Origin: Squalus acanthias
Lineage: Eukaryota
Assembly: GCA_030390025.1 (NCBI GenBank)
Contig: CM059432.1
Coordinates: 138,076,001-138,140,000 of the forward strand
Reading direction: 5' to 3'
Length of the DNA: 64,000 nucleotides
A program made the translations under genes and the position numbers. This document shows, one piece after another, positions 39,004 to 50,484 of this stretch; the stretch's first letter is position 1; each line of letters begins with the position of its first letter. Below the pieces are notes generated by a model. The model was given only the letters and a program-made list of their open reading frames with translations. It did no database searches and was not told the origin of the DNA.

Positions 39004-40939
39004 ATGGGCTCCCAGGAACAAACAGTGGAGGAAGAGCCTTGCACAGTAGCTATGATGCTACCGCCAAGCAAGCGTTTGAGAAACAAGCCATTCGCGATGG
39101 GTCCAAAAGATAACACAGACACGGAATTGCAGGAAGACACAGAGGCAGAAAAGCTCAACGCACTACATCACGCCCATTGCCACGGCGATGACGGAGACGA
39201 GAGGAAGGCTGAAAAATTTACTTGCCGCATTTGTGAAAAGAGCTTCACGTTCCTTAGCGTGCTGTCAGTCCACATGCGGACACATACTGGCGAAAAGCCC
39301 TACAAATGTCCGTATTGTGACCACAGAGCTTCTCAGAAAGGGAACCTTAAAATACACATCCGGACCCACAAAATGGGAGACCTGAGCGAGGGGCATGAAA
39401 CAAATCTGGGAGAGCAACAATCCGAGGAGCTCAACGCATCTGAGAGCTTTGATATGTCCGTCAGCTCCGCTAAGAGCACCTCGTCCTGCGGTAAGGCACA
39501 GATCGGATTAACAAAGGCAGATAATGGGAAGATCGTTCTCAGGAGGCTTAAGAAAGAGAAGGAGGTGCTGCCGAATGGCAACGACAGTGCCTTCACATTC
39601 CAGTGTTCGTGCTGTAAAGGAAAATTTGAGAGGCAGGACCAGTTGGACCAGCACGTTCAACTATTGCACAAGTCGTACAAGTGCAGATTGTGTGAATACG
39701 TCACGTTACGGGACGATGAATTGTTGAGCCATATCGAGAAAATCCACATCACCGTGGAGATGCCAAAAAATGAAGGCGAGAGTGAGAAGATTGAGCAGCC
39801 TGCCAATGAGTTCACGTGTGAAACGTGCCATCAGACCTTCACTCAGTCCTGGTTTTTGAAGGCCCACATGAAGAAACACAATGGCTCATTTGAATACGGC
39901 TGTCACGTTTGCGGGCGCAGGTTCAAGGAAAGCTGGTTCCTCAAGAACCACATGAAGGTGCACAGCACGCGGAACGGGAACAGAAACAAAATGAGTAAAA
40001 GCGACTGCGAGAATTTGGCCACCATTAATGATGTGGTGCAGGAAGACGGAATGGGCATTGCGTTTTCGCAGTACAAAATCTGCATGAAATGTGGTTACCT
40101 GTTCCCGAGCGGGGAAAGCTTAAAAGAACACGAGAAACTACACTATAGAACATCTGAGGACTGCTCTGAAGAACAATCAAAGACTGTAAGGGAGGCAGTA
40201 GTCACTGAAAACACAACAAAGGACTGTTTCCTCAGGTCCCTGAATTTGAGGCCGTCCGTGATGCTGGACACTTTTACAAGTCGCTTGTTTGCAAAGGGGG
40301 TGGCTGAACTAGATCCCGTGAGCAGCTATCAAGCTTGGCAGTTGGCCACCAAGGGAAAAGTGGCAGAACTCACTGAGTACACAAGACATAGCGGGTTGGA
40401 GGGGGGTCTTCCAGATACAGATATCGCTTACAATAAAGATAAAGGAGAATACATGCTCGTTGATGCTGAGAAGCGCAAACGGGAACGAGACACTCAGAAC
40501 AATGGTTATCCAAAAAGGCGCAACAGGACAAATAATGCATCAGAAAAAGATAGTCAGGCAGCCAGCCCTGGGGAGTGCAACAGTGGCACCGATTTCAGAC
40601 CCACATCTCGCCACAGCAGAAGATCACCGCAGAATAAAAGTACCGAGTGTTTTGAGTGTGGCAAGGTATTCCGGACCTATCATCAGGTGGTGCTCCACTC
40701 GAGAGTTCACAGAAAGAACAGAAAGAGTGGACGTGAGGGTGGACGGGTATGTCAGGAGCTTAGGCGTGGTTCCACAAGTGAAGTGGACTCTACTTCAACC
40801 AGTAGACCTAGCACCCCGAGCTCAGCTTCAGCCCCAGAAGATGCGCCGGCACAGGGGCTGGGGGAAGAAGGCACCGACAGCTCCGAGGAGGGTGCGGAGA
40901 TGCAGTCGGTAAAGGATGTACCAGTGCGATCAGAAAGGG
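39004..40939 (+). CDS. ZNF516: ZNF516 zinc finger protein, first large coding exon (8 C2H2 fingers)
   Basis: The ORF contains HTGEKPYKCPYCDHRASQKGNLKIHIRTH, CHVCGRRFKESWFLKNHMKVH, VAELDPVSSYQAWQLATKGKV and TECFECGKVFRTYHQVVLHSRVH, which I recognise as ZNF516. Polypyrimidine tract plus AG acceptor at 38850-38851 (exon starts 38852). In-frame ATGs at 39004 and 39097, among others. Phase-1 donor G|GTAAGC at 40939/40940. Confidence 0.92.
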
Positions 40940-41059
40940 GTAAGCAGACACTATTGGAAGGGTATGTACAGGCACCATTGGAAGAAGACACACTGATACC
41001 ACCACCTTTTTCTGCTGGGACTTCTTGTCTGATCGGTTGCACTACATTTCACCTCTCTC

Positions 41060-41556
41060 CTGGCCGGCCTCCCATCTTGCACCCTCCCTAAACTTGAGCT
41101 CATCCAAAACTCTGGCTACCTGTATCCTAACTCGCACCAAGACCCGCTCACCCATCATCGCTGTGCTGGCTGGCCTACATTGGCTCCTGGTCTGGCTACG
41201 CCTCAATATTAAAATTCTTATCCTTGTTTTCAAATCCCTCGTCCCTCCTCCTCCAGCCACACAACTCTCTGCGCTCCTCCAATTCTGGCCTCTTGCGCAT
41301 TCCCAATTTCCTTCGTCCCATCATTGGCGGCCGTGCCTTTAGCTGCCTGGGCCCTAAGCTCCGGAATTCCCTCCCTAAACATCTCCGCCTCTCTACCTCT
41401 CTCTACTCCTTTAAGACGCTCCTTAAAACCTACCTCTGTGACCTGTCCTAAAATCTCCTTAGGTGGCTCAATGTCAAATTTTGTTTGCTAATCGCTCCTA
41501 TGAAGCCCCTTGGGATGTTTTACTATGTTAAAGGTGCTATATTAATTCAAGTAGTT
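41060..41556 (+). mobile_element. L2 3' fragment
   Basis: GGRAFSCLGPKLRNSLP..FKTLLKTYL. Confidence 0.8.
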
Positions 41557-41610
41557 TTACTTAGATGAAATTTGATGGGGGATCACAAAATCAGACCTAA
41601 TATTCTTCTT

Positions 41611-41983
41611 CAACAACAACAACAACTTGTATTTATATAGCGCCTTTAACGTAGTAAAACGTCCCAAGGTGCTTCACAGGGGTATTATAAGACAAAAAAA
41701 ATTGACACCGAGCCACATAAGGATAAATTAGGGCAGGTGACAAAAAGCTTGATCAAAGAGGTAGGTTTTAAGGAGCGTCTTAAAGGAGGAAAGAGAGGTA
41801 GCGAGGCGGACAGGTTTAGGCAGGGAATTCCAGAGCTTAGGGCCTAGGCAACAGAAGGCACGGCCACCAAAGGTTGAGCGATTATAATCGGGGATGCTCA
41901 AGAGGGCAGAATTAGAGGAGCGCAGATATCTCGGGGGGGTTGTGGGGCTGAAGGAGATTACAGGGATAGGAAGGGGCGAGGCC
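41611..41983 (-). mobile_element. L2 3' fragment
   Basis: (CAA)n tail; GGRAFCCLGPKLWNSLP..KTYLFDQAF. Confidence 0.82.
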
Positions 41984-41984
41984 G

Positions 41985-42900
41985 AGGTCATTTTAACTCG
42001 GTGTGGTGGGGGGTGGGTAGGAGGGAGGGTGGGGGCGGACAAGATGGACAGTAAACCCTCTGCACCTCCACTGACTGAGACCAGAGGACGGTTTAACTCC
42101 CTGGGCCTCATCTGCATAGGCTCCGTCAGTCTCCCACCCAAACCCTGTGGGAAGCGGCAGCTTGCAGGCGGGCAGGAACCAGTTGCCATGGGTGACCCGA
42201 AGGACAGGCCCCCGGTAACTGAGCTAAGTAGTTGGGAGGGGGTTCGGGTGGGTCTCCCAGTTGGGGGCGAGAAGCCGAACTCTTTTAATTCCACCCTTAA
42301 GGGCTCAATGTTGTCAACCCAAATAAAAATAGCCTTTAACAAAAGTGCCCCCTTTTCAAGGGGGGGCACAACTAATAAACACCCAACTCATACAAAGAGA
42401 CAAAGGTAACTTATCAAATTAAAGAACATCCAGTCCCTGCGGTGCCCACCGGTCACAGAAGGTAGAAGAGGCCTAAGGTTTCTCGTGGGGCCTGAAGGAG
42501 AACTCCCACTCCTCCTGGCCCCACCAGGAAACTATATATATATATATATATTTAAAAATGTTTTAAATCCCCCATACCTCTTCTGGGCTTCTTCTGACCC
42601 CAGCTACTCTTGCTACCAGTTCGGTCTGGCGGGGAACCACAGCAACTTTCCCCCGGGGCAGGGCTAAGGGCTAAAATAGCAGTCGAACCCTGATTCCATC
42701 ATCGGAGCCCCATCTGCTTCATTTAAAGAAGGGACCCCGCTTGCCTGCCGACAGGTGCCTCTCTCTCTCGCCTGCTCAGAAAAAGCAGGCTAAGATCGCA
42801 ACCTGCGGGAATGGCACGGGACATTTTAATTTATCCTATCTGGCGGTTTCCACCCTAACCTCCCTGACGCAAATGGGGCGGGTTTCACACCCCACCTGAC
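41985..42900. mobile_element. Probable GC-rich non-autonomous DNA element fragment
   Basis: GC-rich block between L2 and CR1 fragments; shares motifs with 37452-37820 in reverse complement; termini not resolved. Confidence 0.35.
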
Positions 42901-43959
42901 CTTACTCCCCTTTGACCGCGATTGATTTTACATCCCATTAATCCTGCAGATTTTTCCTTTTCAAGTATTTAAACAATTCCCTTTTGAAAGTTATTATTGT
43001 CTCTGCTTCCACCGCCCTTTCAGGCAGAGCACTCCAGATCACAAGAACTCGCTGCGTAAAAGAAATTGACCTCATGTCACCCTCTGGTTCTTTTGCCAAT
43101 TACCTTAAATCTGTGTCCTCTGGTTGCCGAGCCTTTTGCCACTGGAAGCAGTTTCTCTTTACTTACTCTATCAAAACCCTTCATTTATCAAAACTAATTC
43201 ATCCCCAGAGCTATTTGGAGGTGCAGAACTGCGAAGTATCACCGTGATCGAGACGAGTTGGGCATAATTTGGAAAATATCATCATGTCTTTTTTTTCTAA
43301 TCTTCTTCATTATACTACAGAATGTGGTGATCGTTTCCAGAGTGACGGTACATTAGAAATAAAATAAATGTACTGTACTTTATTAATAAGTTTATTGGCA
43401 GAGGTTACAGGCACTGACGTGTGATTAACAACTTGAATTTCAAAAGCGATGGTTAAATTCCAGCTGCCTGTAACACATTTTGTGTTAGTTATCATTTACT
43501 GTTAATTAACATTTATAGTTAGGGCTTAGTTCGTTTTTTTCCGCAACAGTGCAATCAAATTTAAATGCAAACCTGTTTTCAACATAAATTATTACTCTGA
43601 TTACATTCACACACAGTAATAATGAACATTGCAGTGTGCTTCAAGGTGTAATGAGGGCTGAGGTGTTTTCAACAATGAGATGCACTGTAATACTTCAATC
43701 AGATCCCTGTTCCCCACCCACACCAGTGTAAAACATTACAGAGTATCTATTATCACCGTGCCAACTGCATTGCTAAAACTCAATATCAGCCTAATAAGAT
43801 GTATTAATACAGCTTTTAGATTAATCCAGTCTAGCTCAATATATAAAACACTTTGAGTGATTGAACTCTTAAAGAGGGGAGACAGGTTTCTGCTACTCAT
43901 TACTTACAGTGATTGGAATGGCGCAGATATTAGAAAGATAAGGAGTGAGTAAAAAGGGA

Positions 43960-44415
43960 GAAAATAGAATATGAGAGTAAAACTAGCAGGAAATATAAAA
44001 ACAGATTGTAAGAGCTTCTACAAGTATGTAAAAAAGAAGAGAGTAGCAAATGAAAGTGTTGGTCCCTTAGAGGCTGAGACAGGAGAAATTATAATGGGGA
44101 ATAAGGAAATGGCAGAGACTTTAAACAAATATTTGGTATTTGTTTTCACAGTAGAAGACACAAAAAGCATACCAAAAATAGTGGAGAACCAAGGGGCTAA
44201 TAAGAGCGAGGAACCTAAAGTAATTAATATCAGTAGGGAAAAAGTAATTGAGACACTAATGGGACTAAAAGCCGACAGATCCCCTGGACCTGCTTACCTA
44301 CATCCTTGGGTTCTAAAAGAGGTGGCTGCAAAGACAGTGGATGCATTGGTTGTGATATTCCAAAATTCCCTAGATTCTGGAACGGTCCCAGCGGATTGGA
44401 AGGTAGCAAATGTAA
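43960..44415 (+). mobile_element. CR1 ORF2 internal fragment
   Basis: NIKTDCKSFYKYVK..SPGPAYLHPWVLKE..VPADWKVANV. Confidence 0.8.
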
Positions 44416-44689
44416 TCATCATGCAGAGCATTAAGCTTACATCTTTCACAAAATAGTTCTGGTCAGAAACAGAGAAATAGATGATTTGATTATATGAACT
44501 TGCAGTCTATATATGTAATTTGCTAGATTTTCCTGATGTTCTTTGCACAATATGAAGACATGTATATATTTCTCTCTTAAGTTAAACTACAGTCAGTTAC
44601 TAACCTGGGTTATTGACCAACATAATGACTAGCTTTTATGTCAAAAGTAGAATGTGATTTCTGGAACATTTGTTCTGTAGTACTGTACT

Positions 44690-45080
44690 AGATTTTAAGA
44701 TTCTCAACCTTGTTTTCAAATCCCATCATGACCGTGCCCTCCCTATCTCTCTAACCTTCTCCAGCCCTACAACCCTCCGACAACTCTGCGCTCCTCCAAT
44801 TCTGGCCTCTTGCACATCCTCGATTTCCTTCGCTCCACCATTGGCGGCCGTGCCTTCAGCCGCCTCGGCCCTAAGCTCTGGAAATCCCTCTAAACCTCTC
44901 CGCCTCCCTCTCCTCCTTTAAGTTGCTTCTTAAAACCTACCTTTTTGACCAAGCTTTTGGTCATCTGCCCTGATATCTCCTTATGTGGCTCAGTGTCAAA
45001 TTTTTGTTTGGTAACGCTCCTGTGATGTGCCTTGGGACATTTTACTACTCTAAAGACGTTATATAAATGTTCTGGTTGTA
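44690..45080 (+). mobile_element. L2 3' fragment
   Basis: Homology to 14990-15390. Confidence 0.8.
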
Positions 45081-45459
45081 CTACATTCGGGAATGGAGTA
45101 ATAATTTCTTCGTGTCACTTTTTGCAGTCAATGTGTGCTGTTAACAGGATGCAAATCAGGTGCAGCAGGCTTTTATGTTCTGAGCTGCACATGAAATGGA
45201 ACTCAAATCTTTCACATTATTACAACTGTATGTCTGACAAAAAATCACGGATAGGCCCCCAGAATATTTTGTGACTCGGGAGAAAATGAGGCATTATACC
45301 GATCCTTGTTCTCAGTGATGACCGCATTGATACCCTGATATCCATGTGAACATCATAGGCCAGGCTATTTTGAGCAGGCAATAAAAATCCTGAGCCTTTC
45401 TTTACAAGTCGGTATGTGATCAGTCTAAGTCACAATCTGCAACAAAGATGGGCCAAGGA

Positions 45460-46460
45460 AACTGGTTAACACATGGAGTAATTGAGGCAAATATCATAGA
45501 TGTTTCCACTGTGGGGGAGAACAAAACTAGGGGCCATGAACATAAATCAGTCACTAATAAATCTAATGGGGAATTCAATGTGAAACTTCTTAAGAGAGTG
45601 GTGAGAATGTGGAACTCTCAACCACAGGGAGTGGTTGAGGCGAATAGCATAGATGCATTTAAGGGAAAGCTGGATAAACACATGAGGGAGAAAGGAATAG
45701 AAGGTTATGCTGATAGGGTGAGATGAAGAGGGGTGGGAGGAAGCTTGTGCGGAGCAGAAACACCGGCATGGACCAGTTGGGCTGAATGGCCTGTTTTCGT
45801 GCTGTACATTCGATGTAATATAGTTGGATGCCGTTGGATCAAAACTTACGTAGGTGTAACAGAAACCGGTGTTGCAGACTAACTATGAGCAAATTGTTTT
45901 TTTCAAATTGTACTTGCGTAACATCTAAAGCTGTTCTTTTTTTCCCGCATTACTGAAGATTAATTTGTATAACGGATTCAGTTTCTGCAGCCGCACTGGT
46001 CACCAAGATTACTGTAACATTGGTACCAGAACTGAGAGATTACAGCTATTGGGAAAGATTGAACAGCTTGGGGGCTTTTTTCTTTAGAGATGACCTGACA
46101 GAGGTTTTTTAAATTTTGAGTGGGTTGGATGCAGAGAGATGCAGAGAGAATGTATCCAAAACTAGGGGCCATAAATACAAGATAGTTACCGATACATCCA
46201 ATAGGGAAATAAGGAGAAATTTCTTTACTCAGAGAGTGGTTAGAATGTGAAACTCGCTACCACAGGAAGTGGTTGAGGCAAACGGCTTAGGTGCTTTCAA
46301 AAGGAAACTAGACGAGTACACGAGAGCAAAGGGAATAGAAAGATATGCTGAAAGGCCGAGATGAGGGAGATAGAATGGGAGGAGACTTGTGTAGAATATA
46401 AACACCAGCACAGACTAGCTGAGCCAAATGACCTGTTTCGGTGCTGTATATTCTATGTAA
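45460..46460 (+). mobile_element. Two CR1 3' end fragments
   Basis: VVRMWNSQPQGVVEANSIDAFKGKLDKHM and 3' UTR hairpin region, present twice. Confidence 0.72.
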
Positions 46461-46491
46461 AGTTGACACTCAAGAAAATGTTTAGTCACTG

Positions 46492-46713
46492 GGGTAGATT
46501 CTCCTGTGAGTGGGATTATTGGGTCACTTGGGCACAGCCAGTACAGGTACGTTAAGTGGGGAGGAACGAACCTCACTAACGGAGCCCGCCAGGAACCGAG
46601 GATCTAGCGGGCTCTGTTATGGGGTTTGTGCTCCATCCGTTCGATTCTTCTGTGTCTGCTACGTTCAGCTAATCCTATAGCTCACCCGGGAGCAGGAACA
46701 GGAAAATCTGCCC
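46492..46713. mobile_element. Short MITE
   Basis: Imperfect TIR GGGTAGATTCTCC/GGAAAATCTGCCC. Confidence 0.45.
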
Positions 46714-46831
46714 ATTATCAGCACCTTAATCTACAATAGTCTTTGACCTTCCTTACTGCGAAAATTCATTTTGTTCTTATTATTATTACTGGTTCTCCCA
46801 AGATGTTGCTCATGCTGGGTTGGGATATAAC

Positions 46832-47150
46832 GTCCTTCGGATGAGATGTTAAATTGAGGCCCCGTATGCCCTCTCAGGTGGACATAAAAGACTCCATGGC
46901 ACTATTTCGAAGAAGAGCAGGGGAGTTCTCCCCCGGTGTCCCTGAACAATATTTATCCCTCAACCAACATCACTAAAAAAAAAAAATCATCTGGTTAACA
47001 TCACATTGTTGCTCGTGGGATCTTGCTGTGCGTAAATTGGCTGCCGTGTTTCCTACATTACAACAGTGACCACACTTCAAAACAGCTTCGTTGGCTGTAA
47101 AGCACTTAGGGACGTCCTGTGGTCATGAAAGGCGCTGTAGAAATGCACGT
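46832..47150 (+). mobile_element. DeuSINE
   Basis: Core and tail homology. Confidence 0.75.
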
Positions 47151-47442
47151 TTATTCCTCCTTTTCCCCAATTTTAATCACCATTGGTGGCCCTAAGCTCT
47201 GGAATTCCCTCCCTAAACCTCTCCGCCTGTCTACCTCTCATTCCTCCTTTAAGATGCTCCTTAAAACCTACCTCTTTGACCAAGCTTTTGGTGACCTGCC
47301 CTAATATCGCCTTATGTGGCTCGGTGTCAAATTTTGTCTGATAACACTCCCTGTGAAGCGCCTTGAGACGTTGTGCTACGTTAAAGACGCTATATAAACA
47401 ACATGTTGTTGTTGTTGAAATCTAGCTGCATCTTTGATAAGC

Positions 47443-47770
47443 CATGATGCGGAGATGCCGGTGTTGGACTGGGGTGGACAAATGTGAGAAGTCGCACAAC
47501 ACCAGGTTATAGTCCAACAGCTTTATTTGAAATCACAAGCTTTCGGAGCGCTGCTCCTTCGTCAGGTGAAGTGAAGAAATACATATGGGCACAGCATAAA
47601 TAGTCAGAGAACAATGCCAGACGACTACAGTTAATCTTTCTAACTGCCCTTTATCACACCTCGGCAGAGAGACAATCACGGCAATCAAAGGTGTGGATGG
47701 TGTCCAACCAGGTCAGTCAGGAAAGCATTACATCAAAGACGACAGCAAAATACAACAAAAACAATGAGGT
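47443..47770 (-). mobile_element. Penelope-like terminal fragment (H1), non-folded copy
   Basis: Begins catgatgcggagatgccggtgttggactgggg as in 16322 and 51935(rc); contains an intact hammerhead; right boundary approximate. Confidence 0.7.
47533..47569 (-). ncRNA. Minimal type I hammerhead ribozyme motif (family H1)
   Basis: Reverse complement reads tcac-CTGACGA-a-ggagc-agc-gctcc-GAAA-GC-TT-gtga. Confidence 0.78.
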
Positions 47771-48311
47771 TGATAAGCATAGCATGTAATTTAAGTTCCC
47801 GGCTTCTTTGAAAGCCAATAGTGCAGTTGTCGCTTCCCATTTGTCGCGGTTTATAGGAACAAACAATCATAGGAACAGGAGGAGGCCATTCAGCCCCTCA
47901 AGCCTGTTCCGCCATTCAGTTAGAGCATCGACGATCTGTATCTGAACTCCATCTGTGGTTCCGTAACCCTTAGTACCCTTAACAAAAATCTATTTTTGAC
48001 ATTTTTCAATTGACCCCTAGCCCTAACAGCTTTTTGGGAGAGAGTTACAGATATCCACTAACTTTTGTGTGCCCTCTGTTGCGAAACGTGCTCCATTTTC
48101 AACTGGAACATTGACAGCTTTTACCTTCCAAAAATAAGCAGAAGTAACTCCGAAACATTGGCCATACAGATGATTACAGTGTTGCTGTTGATACTCAAGT
48201 GCCACCTCTTTCATTCCAAAAGAAGCATTCATATCCATCGTCGCAAGCGGGGCAGTTTAGAATCTATACAGTCTTCCTTTGTGATATAAAGGCAAAACAG
48301 GAAGTTTATTA

Positions 48312-48654
48312 CAGGTTGAGCGTCCTGAATCCGACAACCTCGGGACTGAGGCCGAGCCGGTTTTCGTGTTTTTCCGGACTTCGGAACGTGTTTCTGATGT
48401 CCGAAGTCCGGAAATATCGCAACCTGGGTTCGGGCGTTTCCGGACTTCGGACATCAGAAACACGTTCCGAGTCCGGAAATGCCTGGGCCCAGGTTGCGAT
48501 ATTTCCGGTTTTTGGACGTCACCCGGCTGGCGGCGGAAACGGTTTGCCAGGGTGTCCGGATTCCGGAACATTTTACGGATTCCGGACGACCCTGCCACCA
48601 ATCGTCCCGGATTCCGGAACATTCCGGAACTCCGGATTTTGGACGCTCAACCTG
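48312..48654. mobile_element. Tc1/mariner (Tigger-like) MITE
   Basis: TIR CAGGTTGAGCGTCC with TA TSD; many internal TCCGGA palindromes. Confidence 0.85.
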
Positions 48655-49092
48655 TACTACATCGGTAAGTACAGGGAGAATAACAAGGTGCGAAGAAAAT
48701 ATTGAATGGCCCAAGATAACCGGCAGGTTTAATACATTGTAAGCGGCGACTTTGCAATTGCCTCCTATGGTACAGGCACACGGTTAGCGCTGTTTGCCCG
48801 ATATACGCGCCTGCCTGTGGTAAGTGCTGACGGTGTAAGTGCACCATGGCCACACTCACTGGAAATGTCATCTGTCACTTTATCCAGGGCTGCTTCAGCG
48901 CAGCGGGAGAAGATTCGAGAAGATTCAGTGGAGAGGTTCAGGAACGGAGCTACCTGGGGAATGGGCACTGACTTGGGGAGGCGACAACAGATTCGAGGAC
49001 AAAATACTGCAGGTGCTGGAAATCTGAAATAAAAAACAGAAAATGCTGGAAACACTCAGCAGGTCAGGCAGCATCTGTGGAGAGAGAAACAG

Positions 49093-49129
49093 AGTTAACG
49101 TTTCAGGTCGATGACCCTTCGTCAGAAGT
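49093..49129 (-). ncRNA. Minimal type I hammerhead ribozyme motif (family H2, helix I mismatch)
   Basis: Reverse complement reads actt-CTGACGA-a-gggtc-atc-gacct-GAAA-CG-TT-aact. Confidence 0.65.
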
Positions 49130-49668
49130 GGAAAAAGTTGGAGATGGGACAGGTTTTTAAGCAAGTGCAGGGGCAGGGAGAGTGGGCAGGGGAGGAAAGA
49201 ACAAAAGGGACGGTCTGTGATAGGGTGGAGGGCAGGAGAGATTAAGAGACATTAAGAGAGATTAAGAGATGGTGCAAGGCAAAAGGAGATGGTAATGGGA
49301 CAAGTTAAGAAACAAAAGATGGCTCTAGAGAAGTATAAATGGCACTGGCAGAATGAAAGACAGCTGCCATGTGGGAGAGAGAAAAAAATAAAATAAAATA
49401 AATGAAAAAAAAAGGATAGGGGCAGAGGTTATGGTCTGAAATCGTTGAACTCGATGTTGAGTCCAGAAGGCTGTAAATGTTTTTGTTTCTTAACTTGTCC
49501 CATTACCATCTCCTTTTGCCTTGCACCATCTCTTAATCTCTCTTAATGTCTCTTAATCTCTCCTGCCTTCCATCCTCTCACAGACCTTCCCTTTTGTTCT
49601 TTCCTCCCCTCCCCCCTTTCCCTGCCTCTACACTTGCTTAAAAACCTGTCCCATCTCCAGCTTTTTCC

Positions 49669-49705
49669 AGTTCTGACGAAGGGTCATCGACCTGAAACGT
49701 TAACT
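49669..49705 (+). ncRNA. Minimal type I hammerhead ribozyme motif (family H2)
   Basis: agtt-CTGACGA-a-gggtc-atc-gacct-GAAA-CG-TT-aact. Confidence 0.78.
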
Positions 49706-50484
49706 CTGTTTCTCTCTCCACAGATGCTGCCTGACCTGCTGAGCATTTCCAGCATTTTTCTGTTTTTATAACAGATTCGATGAACTTTGGAGCGGAAAGG
49801 GAGGTTGGGGGACGGGGCGGTAGTTTTGCAAGGACAGATTGATCAAGGGCGGTTATTAATAGAAGGGATAGAACAACAGTTAGAGGTTGTAACCATATAC
49901 GAACAAAGGAAGAGGTGCAGGATCATGTTTTAACGTGGTTTTTCAAAGGGTAAATGGCTGATAAGGAGCGATCATCAGGCTGCCTATGCTACACGGAGCT
50001 GTCACTTTGTTAAACTGTATGAATTGCTGGCGGTACAAAGTGTTCTTTACAACCATTTGCTGGCAGTAAATTTTTCCCAGTTCCGCTAAAAGTTTGCATT
50101 TATTTGAGCTAAAGCCGACATCTGTCACACTAACTGGAAGCACACATGCCTGATGGAAAGCAGTTAAGTGTTTGGTAGTCATATATATAAAAAGATCTTT
50201 CCCCCGGTTTATTATTCCACGCACAATCCTGAGCAGGTAACACTCTTGGGCTGGAATTTCCTGGGTATTTGCTCCGGTGGGGCGCCTGCAATCGGGGCGT
50301 GAAGTGAAACACCCGGTGTAAATGATCGAGAAAACTCGGGCGCATGTGTGTTACGCACATAATTCCATTACCCCCAAATTTCCTCACTCTTTAACGCCTG
50401 TCTATCACTCTCTGCCCCCCCGGGCGTGTCGCGGCGCATTATAATGGTTCCGCCCCCCCCAGGCTAAAGAGCCAGATACGCTAA

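Larger units (their letters stand above)
48997..49769. mobile_element. Fold-back Penelope-like element (H2) with about 290-bp inverted arms
   Basis: 11-bp TSD aacagattcga (48986-48996, 49770-49780); arms about 49029-49317 and 49480-49769. Confidence 0.82.

Noticed and set aside
40940..41091. C-terminal part of the 700-aa ORF as real protein
   Set aside because: It lies past a strong phase-compatible donor and runs into an L2 fragment; this is intron read-through.
43550..43620. Possible missing small zinc-finger exon (KCKPVFNINYYSDYIHTQ)
   Set aside because: No CxxC or HxxxH pattern, an in-frame stop, and an incompatible splice phase.
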